A stretch of 30,978 nt of DNA from an uncultured virus (IMG/VR IMGVR_UViG_3300026472_000008) (Duplodnaviria; Heunggongvirae; Uroviricota; Caudoviricetes; Crassvirales). Below, piece after piece: positions 1-9,874 of this stretch. A program made the translations under genes and the position numbers. The notes under the pieces are model-generated. The model had not been told where the DNA came from. It was given only the letters and a program-made list of their open reading frames with translations, and ran no database searches. The stretch lies in IMG/VR virus record IMGVR_UViG_3300026472_000008; one strand, given 5' to 3'. How positions within the stretch are numbered: position 1 is the first letter of the stretch; the number at the start of each line of letters is the position of its first letter.

Positions 1-1
1 T

Positions 2-460
2 AATTGTGAAAAAAATGTTCATGCTGAGGTTAACAGGGGTGAGACTGTAAGTAACTTTAAAAAGTGGGGAGCGTTAAAGTATTTAGCTTTTGAACCATTG
101 TTTGTATGGGATGCTAATGTTAAGGAAAAATATAGTTCTAGTTATGGTTATGTTATAACTGATGGTGGTCGTAAGTTAGATGCTCTTCGATTACTAAAAG
201 AAATGCTTTATGAAATAATTGGCAAAGATGAGAACGGAAAACCTATTAGGATGTTTCATCGAATATTTGATTATCAATCTATTTCAGAACTAAAGAAATG
301 GCGTAATGAGGGTAACTTTGATAGAGTTTCTGAAATGCTACTTATAGGTATTGTTTGGAAAGCTGTCGATGTTGCTGCTAAAATGCTATTAGAAAATAGG
401 CCTGATTTAACGGCTAACAATATTGATGATAATGATATTCTAAATAGACCTTGGTTCTAA
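2..460 (+). CDS. terL: Terminase large subunit, C-terminal nuclease-domain fragment (5'-truncated by window)
   Basis: Frame is open from position 2 (NCEKNVHAEVNRGETVSNFKKWG...), so the TTG start at 98 is not real. ExNRG and GNFDRVS motifs resemble crAss-like TerL C-termini; lies directly upstream of the portal. Confidence 0.85.
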   Translation, partial: NCEKNVHAEVNRGETVSNFKKWGALKYLAFEPLFVWDANVKEKYSSSYGYVITDGGRKLDALRLLKEMLYEIIGKDENGKPIRMFHRIFDYQSISELKKWRNEGNFDRVSEMLLIGIVWKAVDVAAKMLLENRPDLTANNIDDNDILNRPWF

Positions 461-481
461 CAATTTAATAATAATTTTAAT

Positions 482-2911
482 ATGACTAATGATTTCCAAA
501 GTTATGATTTTCCTAAACAGAGAATTCCTAATTCCGAAAAGACTCTTACTTGGGCTGCTGAATGCTGTGATTGGATTATAGCTCAAGGTATTGGAATGAA
601 AGATGTTGCAGGACTTGAACTTAAATATGGTTTAATTCAAGGTATAGTTCCTGATGAAGCTTATAAGAAAATACTAAATCCTTATAATGCTACTAATGAA
701 CAATATACTAGATTCCCTGCAACTATGCGCCATTACGATATGCTTAATGGTATTCTTCGTAGATATATTGGTGAGTATATTAAGTCTAATCATGATTTTA
801 TTGTAGCTGCTAATAATCCAGAAGTTGTATTTGCTAAAAATGCTAAACTTAAACAAGAGATTGGTGTTATTATACAACAAAAGATTGCTGTTAAGATACA
901 AGAGAGTTATACTCAATGGCAACAAGGAGGTAATGATCCTAAAGAGTTTAATCCACAAACTGCTCTTGATATACCTAAATTCATTGAAGAATTTGAGGAA
1001 AAATATATTGATGATATGTCTGAACAAGGTCAGCATATTCTTAATGTAATTAGAGATATTACAGAAGATACTTTATTGTATGCTAGATGTTATTTTGATT
1101 TTATTAGTTTTGGAGAATGTTTCTCTTATGCAGATATAACAGGTAATGAACTAGTTAAGAAAGCTATTAGTGCTAAAGATGCATTTCCTATTTCTACTGA
1201 TAATATGTTTCATGAAGATGATGATGCTTTTGCATGTCGTCGTAAAGTTACCTTTCAGCAGATTATGGATAAGTATGGAGATACTATTGATGATAATCAA
1301 TTAAGTTTCCTTAATACTTATTATGCTAGAAATGGAGCACCAGTTACTGCTGAATATGCTTTTAGTACTTATGAATCTTTCTTTCCTGATGTTTGTAATA
1401 AATATTCTAAAACTGATAGAGATATATTTAAGAAAGAAGCTGTTTTTCAAAGAAGTAAGAATTCTGGTTTATATGATGAATGGCATGTTGTTTGGAGAGG
1501 GGAAGCTAGACAAGCTTTAGTTACTTATCAAAATCCTGCAGGATTTATTGATACTCGTGTTGAGGCAGATGATTATATTCTTAATCCAGCAATAGGAGAC
1601 ATATCAATTGAATATGTTTATCAACCACAAGTTTATGAATGTATTCGTATTGGAGGACGTAATGATGCTATATATCCTTTAACAGATAAAGGTTTTAGAG
1701 CTATTGCTTTCAATAGAAATGGTAAGCTTCCATATAACGGTGTTAGTGAATTACTTCAAGGTTTAGGTAAGTTTAGTATTGTAGAGATTGTAACTCCTTA
1801 TAGTATTTTCTATGATATTGTTGCTTATCATAGAGAAATGGCTCTTGCTAAGAATAAACTTTCTATTCTTATGATAGCTAAATCATTACTAGGTAAAGTA
1901 GCTGAAGAGACTTTATATAAAATGATTGCTGATGGTGTTCTTTATTATGATGATACTGATGATTCTGCAGGACTTAGGGCTCAACAAGTTCGTATGTTAC
2001 AAGCTAGTAATAATGATTATATTACTCAACTTGGACAGATGCTTATGGAGATTGAACAAGCTGCTAAGAATCAAGTAGATATGACTCCTCAACGTTATGG
2101 AGAAATTGGTAATAGTGCTGGTAAAGGTACTACTGATGAAGCTATCACTAGAGGGTCTATGGGTACTGTTCTTATTGAGTTTGTTATGGATTGTATGCGC
2201 GAGAGAGATTATGCTCGTGATATGGATTATAGTAAACTTGCTTGGATTGATGGATTAGATACTTCTTATTATGACGATGGTCATAATGTAAGATATATCA
2301 GTCTTGATGTTGATAAACATAACTATGCCTCTTATCTTATTAAAGCTAAAAATGCTGTTAAAGAAAAAGAAAAACTTGCTCAACTTAAACAAATTGCTTT
2401 TAGTGCTGCACAAAACGGTGATATGGAAATGGCAGTGTCTGCTATTGAAGGAGATAACGTTGCCACAATTAGTAATCTTATTAAGAAACATAAAGAAGCC
2501 CAACAAGCATATGAGACTAGTCTTAAACAGATCGAACAACAAACTGCCCAAATGGCACAAGAGTTTGAACTTAAAAAGATTGCCGCAAAAGGGGAGGAAG
2601 ATCGTAAGACAGAGCAACTTCGTGGGTATATCGAATCTGAAATACAACTAATTAAAGCTGATGCTAATATGGTATCTTTTGATAATGGAGTTAGTGAAGC
2701 CGATAAACAAGCTGGTATGCAAAGACTTGAAGCTAGTAGAAACGCTGTTGATCGTGAGAAACTTCAATTTGAAAAACAAAAGACTGCTCTTGATGGTTTT
2801 AATAAGTTCGAAGATCGTAAGGTTAAACGAGAAGATATTGCTGCTAAAGTTGAGATTGCTAAGACTAATAGAAATAAGTTTGATTTAAAGCGTCCTAAGA
2901 AGTCTAAATAA
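482..2911 (+). CDS. Portal protein (crAss-like)
   Basis: 809 aa; N-terminal FPKQRIP..EK, FPATMRHYD, GKLPYNG, TPQRYG motifs and long coiled-coil C-terminus; position after TerL. Confidence 0.88.
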   Translation: MTNDFQSYDFPKQRIPNSEKTLTWAAECCDWIIAQGIGMKDVAGLELKYGLIQGIVPDEAYKKILNPYNATNEQYTRFPATMRHYDMLNGILRRYIGEYIKSNHDFIVAANNPEVVFAKNAKLKQEIGVIIQQKIAVKIQESYTQWQQGGNDPKEFNPQTALDIPKFIEEFEEKYIDDMSEQGQHILNVIRDITEDTLLYARCYFDFISFGECFSYADITGNELVKKAISAKDAFPISTDNMFHEDDDAFACRRKVTFQQIMDKYGDTIDDNQLSFLNTYYARNGAPVTAEYAFSTYESFFPDVCNKYSKTDRDIFKKEAVFQRSKNSGLYDEWHVVWRGEARQALVTYQNPAGFIDTRVEADDYILNPAIGDISIEYVYQPQVYECIRIGGRNDAIYPLTDKGFRAIAFNRNGKLPYNGVSELLQGLGKFSIVEIVTPYSIFYDIVAYHREMALAKNKLSILMIAKSLLGKVAEETLYKMIADGVLYYDDTDDSAGLRAQQVRMLQASNNDYITQLGQMLMEIEQAAKNQVDMTPQRYGEIGNSAGKGTTDEAITRGSMGTVLIEFVMDCMRERDYARDMDYSKLAWIDGLDTSYYDDGHNVRYISLDVDKHNYASYLIKAKNAVKEKEKLAQLKQIAFSAAQNGDMEMAVSAIEGDNVATISNLIKKHKEAQQAYETSLKQIEQQTAQMAQEFELKKIAAKGEEDRKTEQLRGYIESEIQLIKADANMVSFDNGVSEADKQAGMQRLEASRNAVDREKLQFEKQKTALDGFNKFEDRKVKREDIAAKVEIAKTNRNKFDLKRPKKSK

Positions 2912-2935
2912 TATACTGATACTATTGTTAATTAT

Positions 2936-2978
2936 AATAGCCCTGTTCTATCTATGTGATAAGGACAGGGCTATTTTT
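2936..2978 (+). terminator. Rho-independent terminator after portal
   Basis: AATAGCCCTGTTC (2936-2948) pairs with GGACAGGGCTATT (2963-2975, one G-U), running into a T tract. Confidence 0.85.
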
Positions 2979-2989
2979 GTTTGTATTTA

Positions 2990-3083
2990 GCCGTTTATAG
3001 CTGATTGTAGGGATTAATATTCTGACGGTATATAATGTGATCGGATATGAGGCTTATATCCCTACAGGCAAGCTAATGCGGTC
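2990..3083. repeat. Long imperfect intergenic inverted repeat
   Basis: GCCG..TAGCT..TGTAGGGAT pairs with ATCCCTACA..AGCTA..CGGT; inner TCTGA/TCGGA stem. Confidence 0.6.
3059..3072 (+). repeat. Dispersed motif copy (short variant TCCCTACAGGCAAG)
   Basis: Read directly; lacks 2 nt relative to the 16-mer consensus. Confidence 0.65.
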
Positions 3084-3165
3084 AAAACCTACAATCTGGC
3101 ACAAACAGTATATATAATAATGATGCTCTAAATGTTAGGTAAACATGTTATTGCTGATTTTGCTA

Positions 3166-3196
3166 TTGCTATTAATCGTGCTAAATGTTATAATTG
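3166..3196 (+). promoter_or_regulatory. Candidate Bacteroidota sigma70-type promoter for the scaffold/capsid unit
   Basis: TTG (3166-3168), 20 nt spacer, TATAATTG (3189-3196; one mismatch to TAnnTTTG), downstream of a terminator and about 30 nt before the ATG. Confidence 0.45.
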
Positions 3197-3227
3197 TGTT
3201 CATATTCGATAACTTAATAAAGATAAA

Positions 3228-4559
3228 ATGGATTTTGGATTTGGTGGTAATGGAGGCGATAAAGGTGGTAATCAACCTGCTCCTAACACGAACAACACCA
3301 GTGTAGAAACTACTGACCTAAGTGGTGGTACTTCTACTACTGACGCAAATGGTAATCCTATTACTAACATTAATGACCCAAATGCTAACGGAGATAATCC
3401 CGGTGGGAAAACTAATGATGGTGACGGAAATGTAACTACAGGTAAAGAGGGAGAACAAGGAGCAGATTCTAATAAAGAACAAGGTAAAACTACCGAAGTT
3501 CTTTTTAATGATTTAGCTGTTGGTTCTATTCTTGAAGTAGGTGAAGAGAAATACACAGTTGGTGCTAATGGAGATATTCTTAAAGCTGACGGTTCTGTAT
3601 TTAAACCAGTAGGGGAAGTTAAAGCTTGGATGGATTCTATGGATGTTATTCCTGATGAAGAAAATCAAGTGTCTATCGCTACTATCCAAAAAACAGTAGG
3701 TATTGAGCTTACTGATGAAAATAATCAACCTATTGTATTTGATAACACTCCTGAAGGTGTTAGTGCATATGTTGAAGCTGTTCTTGAAGCTGGACGTGAT
3801 GAACATTACGAACAAGCTGTTAATAATCTTTTTACTGAATATCCCTTTATGAGTGACATGATTAATTATTATGTTGCTAATGGTAAAAATCTTGATGGTT
3901 ATAACGAAGTTAAAGATCGTTCTTCTGTCATTATTGATGATGCTAACGAGTCACAACATGAATCTATTATTCGAATGGCTTGGTCAGAACAAGGTAGGAA
4001 AGGTGATGTAGAATCATATATTGCTTATCTTAAATCTTCTGGTATTCTATTAGCTACTGCTAAAGATGAACTTAGTGGATTACAAGAGTCTGACAAAGAA
4101 GCTCAAGAAGAAAGAGCTACTAAAGCTCAAGAAGCTGAAAATGCTCGTATAGCTAACAATAAACAATACTGGGATGGAGTTAAGAAAACTATTGATAGCA
4201 AATCCATTGCTGGTTATACTATTCCTGATAATATCATTGTTAGTAGAAACGGTCAAAAGATTAGTACTACTCCTAATGAATTTTTTAAATATCTTTCTGA
4301 AAAGGATCAAAATGGTCAAACAGCTTATCAGAGAGAACGTGCTGCACAAGATGTTAAAGCTAAAACGGAAGATGATATTCTTCGTGCATATCTTCAATTT
4401 ACTGGAGGTTCTTATTCTAATTTAGTAGATATGGCTATTAATAAAACTAACGTTACCAAACTTAGACAGACTAGCCAACAAAGATCTAATAACTCTATTA
4501 AAATAACTAAGCCTGCAGCTACCCCTGCCAAAGGTGGAAATATAGACCTTGGTTATTAA
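3228..4559 (+). CDS. Putative capsid scaffolding protein
   Basis: 443 aa; disordered G/N/T/D-rich N-terminus, acidic helical body; lies between portal and MCP as in crAss-like capsid modules. Confidence 0.65.
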   Translation: MDFGFGGNGGDKGGNQPAPNTNNTSVETTDLSGGTSTTDANGNPITNINDPNANGDNPGGKTNDGDGNVTTGKEGEQGADSNKEQGKTTEVLFNDLAVGSILEVGEEKYTVGANGDILKADGSVFKPVGEVKAWMDSMDVIPDEENQVSIATIQKTVGIELTDENNQPIVFDNTPEGVSAYVEAVLEAGRDEHYEQAVNNLFTEYPFMSDMINYYVANGKNLDGYNEVKDRSSVIIDDANESQHESIIRMAWSEQGRKGDVESYIAYLKSSGILLATAKDELSGLQESDKEAQEERATKAQEAENARIANNKQYWDGVKKTIDSKSIAGYTIPDNIIVSRNGQKISTTPNEFFKYLSEKDQNGQTAYQRERAAQDVKAKTEDDILRAYLQFTGGSYSNLVDMAINKTNVTKLRQTSQQRSNNSIKITKPAATPAKGGNIDLGY

Positions 4560-4589
4560 CAATTAATTACTAATTTAACTATTCGTGTT

Positions 4590-6062
4590 ATGTATAAAAT
4601 GCGTACACTTTCTACAGGAAAGTATGAAGATCGTGGCTATTCCAATGAAGAGTCTATTGCTTATCTTCAATTACAGAAACCTGTAGAAATCAATGCTTTC
4701 CTTACCTATAATTATGGTATGGATGATGATCGTTTTCCTTTGTCTTTCATGACTGAGGGTCAAGGTGCTGGCGGTGTTGTTGAAGTTAAAACTGTTCAAT
4801 GGACTTGGTCTACTATGGGTCGTATGAAGTTCACTGATAAGGTTACTTATTTCAATACTGCTAATACTACTCCAGGTAAAGGCGGTGCTGAAATCGAGGT
4901 TCACTTTGAAACTCACTGGTTTATTGAACAATATGGTTTGATTGCTCCTGATGGTGTAACCAAAGTACGTGTTCAAAAAGACCTTGGTGAAAGTGCTTAC
5001 GGTTATGGCTACATTCTGAAATTTAACAGTGCTAACCCTGATGCATTTATTGATCCTGAAATGCTTGCTAAAGGTAAGTATTGGAGTTTATCTGCTCCTA
5101 CAGTTTCTGAGTCGTATTCAAAAGGTAACCGTAGTAACTCTATGGGTCCTGGTAAAATGACTTCTCAACTTGAGTTCCAACGTTATTCTAAAGAAATTGC
5201 TGGTAATCTTGCCAATGTAATTACTGAATATGAGTTCAAGAACAAAGAGGGAGGTAGTTCGAAACTATGGATCAATGAAGAGATGCGCCAGTTCCACTTG
5301 CATATGCGCGTTATGAATGAGGAACGTCTATGGAATGCTGAGTACAATCGTCTTTCTAATGGTGAGATTATGACTCGTGACCATGACAATGGTAAACCTG
5401 TTCCTCATACTTCTGGTATGTTAGAGATTGCTCGTGAGTCTAACTATGATACCTACGGTGAGTATTTAACTCTTAACAAAATCAAACGTACTGTTGGTGA
5501 TGTTGTAGATAAAGATACTGATACCGGTAAAATGGATATTGTATTCATGGGTGGTAAAGGTTTCCTTGAAGATTTTGACGAAGCTATGAAGCTTGATTCA
5601 AAAGAGAACGGTTTCCTTACTCCTCTTGGTGAAAAAGAGATTCAAGGTTCTGGTGATAATTTAGAGTATGGTGCTTATTTCCGTACTTATAAAACAGTAG
5701 ATGGTCACCGTATTACTGCTAAACACTGTTCTTATTTCGATAAAGGTACAGTTGCTGAAGCTGCTAAACAAAACGGTATGATTCACCCTCGTAGTGGTCA
5801 CCCAATTACTTCTCACCAAGGTATCTTTATCGACTTCTCTTCTTATAGCGGAAATCGTAACGTTCGTATGGCTCGCCAAACTGGACAAATCTACAAAGCT
5901 AAAGTACTTAAAGGTATGACCGATGTTCCGGCATCATGGGGTGTTCCAGACAGTAACTTTGTTTCTACTGAAATTGATATGAGTGCATATCACATTAAAT
6001 CTTCTTTAGGGTTACAAGTTGATAACTCTCAAAAGATGTTCTTATTAAGTTGTAAATTATAA
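4590..6062 (+). CDS. Major capsid protein (crAss-like, HK97 fold)
   Basis: 490 aa; N-terminal YEDRGYSNEESIAYL...GMDDDRFPL.F.TEGQG resembles the MCP of p-crAssphage-like phages as recalled; frequent AAC/TTC/CGT/CAC codons suggest high expression. Confidence 0.9.
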   Translation: MYKMRTLSTGKYEDRGYSNEESIAYLQLQKPVEINAFLTYNYGMDDDRFPLSFMTEGQGAGGVVEVKTVQWTWSTMGRMKFTDKVTYFNTANTTPGKGGAEIEVHFETHWFIEQYGLIAPDGVTKVRVQKDLGESAYGYGYILKFNSANPDAFIDPEMLAKGKYWSLSAPTVSESYSKGNRSNSMGPGKMTSQLEFQRYSKEIAGNLANVITEYEFKNKEGGSSKLWINEEMRQFHLHMRVMNEERLWNAEYNRLSNGEIMTRDHDNGKPVPHTSGMLEIARESNYDTYGEYLTLNKIKRTVGDVVDKDTDTGKMDIVFMGGKGFLEDFDEAMKLDSKENGFLTPLGEKEIQGSGDNLEYGAYFRTYKTVDGHRITAKHCSYFDKGTVAEAAKQNGMIHPRSGHPITSHQGIFIDFSSYSGNRNVRMARQTGQIYKAKVLKGMTDVPASWGVPDSNFVSTEIDMSAYHIKSSLGLQVDNSQKMFLLSCKL

Positions 6063-6081
6063 TATAATATAGATTAATTTT

Positions 6082-7269
6082 ATGGGTGAAAATAATACTG
6101 GCGGGAGTGGTACATTTGGTTTTGGTAAACCGAGTACTCCTGCACCTCAACAGACAGATAATTCAACCTCCCCTGTAGAGGGAACCAATAACGAACATGC
6201 AGCTATTACAGAAGCAGCTATGAAAGTTCTTGAAGCTAATGATACAACTCAAAATGAAGATACTTCTTTATCATATACTGACAATAGAAGTGTTACAATA
6301 TCATTAGTTACTAACTATTCGTTATATCGTAGAGCTAACGATAAAGTTATTCCTAAAAAGACTGATTATATTGGAAGTTCTATATCTGCTTCTCGTACTC
6401 TTTCTGCTAATAAAGAAGAGATTGAAACATATTTTCCTACTTTGCTTGGTATTGCTCATAATAATCCTGAGTTTGTTACTAGAATAAAACAGTATTTAAA
6501 TAATATCAGAGCATCTGTTGATGGTAACGGTTTAACTTTTAATACTACTTTTGTTTATAAACATAAGTCAGACTATTATAAAATTGTTGCTCAAGAACAA
6601 GAAATTGAGAATGAGTATAATAGAGTTCCACGTAAAGATACTGCTAGGCTTAGAATTGCTCTTAAAGAGAAGATTACTAAACTTAACAATCTTGAAAGTA
6701 CTAAATATGCTTTTGGTTATCCTTTAGTTCTTGAAGATTATCTTCTTTATCGTCATTGTTTATTATATAACGATGTGGCTAAAGATTTAGCATTTATTAA
6801 TATTGATGCTAATATTAGGTTCTACTTTAAAGATGATCAGAAAGAAGCTGAGAGAGATCGTAAACATCGTAATGATCTTAACAAAGCTAAGGTTAATTAT
6901 GTTTCGTTAATGGGTGATAATGATCTATTTGAAACTGTTTATATCCAATACTTAGTTGATACAGGAGCTCCTGTTATTGCAGGACTTGCTGAGAAACCTA
7001 TTGATAAAGAACGTAAACTCGATCTTTATAGTACTAGTTATCCTGTTAAGTTTAATGAAATGGTTTCTAACAAAGATTCAAGAATTATTGGTACTATTGA
7101 AAAACTTATAGCTCATGGAGAACTTGTTCGTAGTTTACATAATCAGAATATTAATTCTGAGCAAGGTCATTTCATTGGTTCTAATATGAAAGAAGCTGTT
7201 GCTTGGTTTAAATCTCCTGATAATGCTACTATGGTTAATACTTATATTAATCGTTTAAATAATACATAG
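6082..7269 (+). CDS. Conserved crAss-like capsid-module protein downstream of MCP (function unknown)
   Basis: 395 aa clean ORF in the conserved post-MCP position; disordered N-terminus. Confidence 0.6.
   Translation: MGENNTGGSGTFGFGKPSTPAPQQTDNSTSPVEGTNNEHAAITEAAMKVLEANDTTQNEDTSLSYTDNRSVTISLVTNYSLYRRANDKVIPKKTDYIGSSISASRTLSANKEEIETYFPTLLGIAHNNPEFVTRIKQYLNNIRASVDGNGLTFNTTFVYKHKSDYYKIVAQEQEIENEYNRVPRKDTARLRIALKEKITKLNNLESTKYAFGYPLVLEDYLLYRHCLLYNDVAKDLAFINIDANIRFYFKDDQKEAERDRKHRNDLNKAKVNYVSLMGDNDLFETVYIQYLVDTGAPVIAGLAEKPIDKERKLDLYSTSYPVKFNEMVSNKDSRIIGTIEKLIAHGELVRSLHNQNINSEQGHFIGSNMKEAVAWFKSPDNATMVNTYINRLNNT
6168..6183 (-). repeat. Dispersed 16-bp motif TCCCTCTACAGGGGAG (reverse orientation)
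   Basis: + strand CTCCCCTGTAGAGGGA is the exact reverse complement of 25101-25116. Confidence 0.85.
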
Positions 7270-7270
7270 T

Positions 7271-7957
7271 ATGAACATTTCGGAAATGCACACTGCATTT
7301 CGAACCATTGGTCAACAAATGGGTATGCAACTTATTCGAGGTATTCTTCCAGAGAGTATAGATACATATCTAAATAGTGCTATCAATGAAAAAGTTAGAA
7401 GTGTAGTTATTATGAACGCTTCGACTGTGTTTAGAGACAGAGTTGCAATTCAAGATAATTCTATTTCTCCTATTAATAGTATAAGAACTCTTGTAACAAA
7501 GGGTTCTTTACCTATTGGTAGTATTGTTACTGATGACGAATATTACTCGATCGATGTATCAGGTATTAATAATGTCATGTATTATACTTCATTTCGTGTT
7601 AAATATGTTAATGATAAAAAGAGAAGAGGAACTAGATTTATAGAGAATGATAAACTTGACGATACTCGTTCTGATTATTGTAATCGTGAATCTTGGGACT
7701 ATCCTGTCGTTACCATGAATGTGGATGTAAGTAATAAGGAAATAGTAGATCTTTATATTGGTGAAACTACAAAGACTCCTGAAAAACTAGAACTTGGTTA
7801 TATTAAAAATCCTAAGATTGTTAAGTATAGTGCAAATTCTGGTTCAGCTGTTAGTTGTGATCTTCCAGTTTATTTGCATGATGAGATTGTCCAAATGGCT
7901 GTAGAGAAGTTTTTTAAATCTATTGGTGCTACTACTAAACCTGTAACTCGTAATTAA
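7271..7957 (+). CDS. Putative tail ring / head-tail connector protein
   Basis: 228 aa; MNISEMH..F, ID.YLN.A, YIKNP and CDLP.YLHDEIV.MAV motifs typical of crAss ring proteins. Confidence 0.7.
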   Translation: MNISEMHTAFRTIGQQMGMQLIRGILPESIDTYLNSAINEKVRSVVIMNASTVFRDRVAIQDNSISPINSIRTLVTKGSLPIGSIVTDDEYYSIDVSGINNVMYYTSFRVKYVNDKKRRGTRFIENDKLDDTRSDYCNRESWDYPVVTMNVDVSNKEIVDLYIGETTKTPEKLELGYIKNPKIVKYSANSGSAVSCDLPVYLHDEIVQMAVEKFFKSIGATTKPVTRN

Positions 7958-7980
7958 AATAATAATTAAAATTTTACACT

Positions 7981-8868
7981 ATGCGTAATTTTCTTTTAGC
8001 TGGTACCGCAGCTTATACTGCGGCTGCTAGTATTCCCCTTGTTGCTGCTGGTGCTGTAGGTGTTTACTATAAAGTAGACGGTATAGATACTGTAACAGCT
8101 ACTGGTGTAGAAGTTAAAGATATGGCCGATTTGGTATTAGGTAGAACTTCCGCTTTAGGTGGACCTGTTATCCTTCCAATTCATAAACATAACTTCTCTT
8201 ATGTTAAGAGTGTTTATATAGCTTCTACTAAGTTTGTAGCTACTACTACCATTCCTACTCCTACTGAAATTGGTGATTATTCTGTAATCATTACCTTAAA
8301 AGGAGTTAAGTTTAATGAGCGTAGTAATTGGACACCAACTGTTCATGCCAGAACTGCTAGTCAGTACACTGCTAATACTTTAGCTGCTGCATTAGCTGTA
8401 CAAATTAACAATAATACTGTAAGTCATGGTATTATTGCTACAGTATCTGGTGCTACAATTACTTATACTGCTAGTAATTTCGGTGTAGATTATGCTCTTA
8501 CTGGAGCTGATAAATTAACAGGTCTTGCAGTTACTTATACTACTCGTGGTTTACCTGCATTGAATGATGCAGCTTATATCCGCGATCTAGCTAATAAAGC
8601 AGCTGCCGATAAAGGATTTAATTATACTTGGACTGATGACGTTGCGTTATTATATCCTAATTATGATCAAGATCCTTTAGCTCAACCTTCTGCTACTGAT
8701 GTTGGTTATACTGTATTTACTCTTCGTTTTGCTGTACCTCGTAAAGTTAAAACTGTAGATGAAGTTGTGAACCAAATTGTACAAGTTGCTTTCCCAACTG
8801 GGGCTGCAGGAATTGCTACCTTTGAAACTGTTATGACAGGATTAGATGGTACTTATGTAGAGCCTTAA
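7981..8868 (+). CDS. Putative auxiliary capsid protein
   Basis: 295 aa, A/T/V-rich beta-type composition; last gene of the capsid unit before a strong terminator; synteny. Confidence 0.6.
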   Translation: MRNFLLAGTAAYTAAASIPLVAAGAVGVYYKVDGIDTVTATGVEVKDMADLVLGRTSALGGPVILPIHKHNFSYVKSVYIASTKFVATTTIPTPTEIGDYSVIITLKGVKFNERSNWTPTVHARTASQYTANTLAAALAVQINNNTVSHGIIATVSGATITYTASNFGVDYALTGADKLTGLAVTYTTRGLPALNDAAYIRDLANKAAADKGFNYTWTDDVALLYPNYDQDPLAQPSATDVGYTVFTLRFAVPRKVKTVDEVVNQIVQVAFPTGAAGIATFETVMTGLDGTYVEP

Positions 8869-8892
8869 TAACAATTTATTTCATTAATTTTT

Positions 8893-8939
8893 AAGAGGGT
8901 TGTTGATATTAATATTATTAATATTAATAACCCTTTTTT
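8893..8939 (+). terminator. Rho-independent terminator ending the capsid unit
   Basis: AGGGTTGTTGATATTAAT (8896-8913) pairs with ATTAATATTAATAACCCT (8917-8934, two G-U), followed by TTTTT. Confidence 0.85.
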
Positions 8940-8943
8940 CGTT

Positions 8944-9519
8944 ATGAATCAGATAGAACTAATCAATGATGCCCTTAAACAGGGTATAGCGCCTGCCATT
9001 GTAGTAGCTATTTATTTAATTATTACTAAGATTGCTGATAATAAGAAAGAGACAAATCAAATAAAACTTAGCAATGATGTTATACAATCTATTAGCGTTA
9101 TAAGTGATTTTCTTAGAGATTTTACTAAGAATATTATTGATAAAGAAAAAGATAAATGTAAGAATGCAATAGAAGATTCTATGTTTTCTACAGGTATGCG
9201 TCTTGTAAGTTTTGTGTCTACTACTATTATTAATAATCATATTGATGCCAACAAAGATACTATATTAACTAATATAAGTAATATAGTTAATTCTGAATTC
9301 TATAGTGTTTATTCTACATTATCAATGTATAAGATTAATGGTGTAGTTGTATCTGACTATTTAGATAAACAATGGATGGCTACTATTGAAGAGGATATGA
9401 TTTCTGTTATTTATAGTAGTTTACTAGATAAAGATGAAAAGATATTATCTTTTTCTAATAAGATTACTATTAAGTTTCAAAACTATGTTACTTTTATTAC
9501 TAATCAAATAATTAAATAG
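8944..9519 (+). CDS. Single-pass membrane protein, possibly holin/antiholin-like
   Basis: 191 aa; N-terminal hydrophobic segment GIAPAIVVAIYLIIT followed by lysines and a helical soluble domain. Confidence 0.5.
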   Translation: MNQIELINDALKQGIAPAIVVAIYLIITKIADNKKETNQIKLSNDVIQSISVISDFLRDFTKNIIDKEKDKCKNAIEDSMFSTGMRLVSFVSTTIINNHIDANKDTILTNISNIVNSEFYSVYSTLSMYKINGVVVSDYLDKQWMATIEEDMISVIYSSLLDKDEKILSFSNKITIKFQNYVTFITNQIIK

Positions 9520-9523
9520 TCTC

Positions 9524-9754
9524 ATGAATATAGTTAAAAACGATAATTATTTTAAAATAGATAATACAGTTCTACCTTTAAATAGTTGTATAGTTAGTCA
9601 AGATGGAGATATTATTACTCTATATACTGTTGCTAATAGTTTTAGAATGAATATTGATCTTACTAATACTACATTAGATGGTATTGCTGCTACAGATATT
9701 AATGAGATAATGGACTATCTTATTGCTAATTGTTTTACTAATGGAGCAATTTAA
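9524..9754 (+). CDS. Small hypothetical protein
   Basis: 76 aa, tightly packed on the coding strand with normal codon usage. Confidence 0.6.
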   Translation: MNIVKNDNYFKIDNTVLPLNSCIVSQDGDIITLYTVANSFRMNIDLTNTTLDGIAATDINEIMDYLIANCFTNGAI

Positions 9755-9806
9755 AAAGTCTATTATACTAACTACAACTCGTACTAGTGGATCAGTCATT
9801 GTAATA

Positions 9807-9820
9807 TCCCTACAGGGGAG
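9807..9820 (+). repeat. Dispersed motif copy (short variant TCCCTACAGGGGAG)
   Basis: Read directly in the 9755-9874 gap. Confidence 0.7.
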
Positions 9821-9874
9821 GTTATACTAATAGTTATTTACTAGGTCAAGAAAGTACTTTATAATAAATATAAT

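Noticed and set aside
2..6062. Introns or inteins in terminase, portal or MCP
   Set aside because: The visible ORFs are contiguous and of ordinary size, with no homing-endonuclease or intein motifs recognised.
9741..9830. 29-codon ORF MEQFKKSIILTTTRTSGSVIVISLQGRLY and a TTTAAAA slippery-like site
   Set aside because: The heptamer is not in the reading frame required for -1 frameshifting of the 76-aa gene, and the ORF is too short to support.
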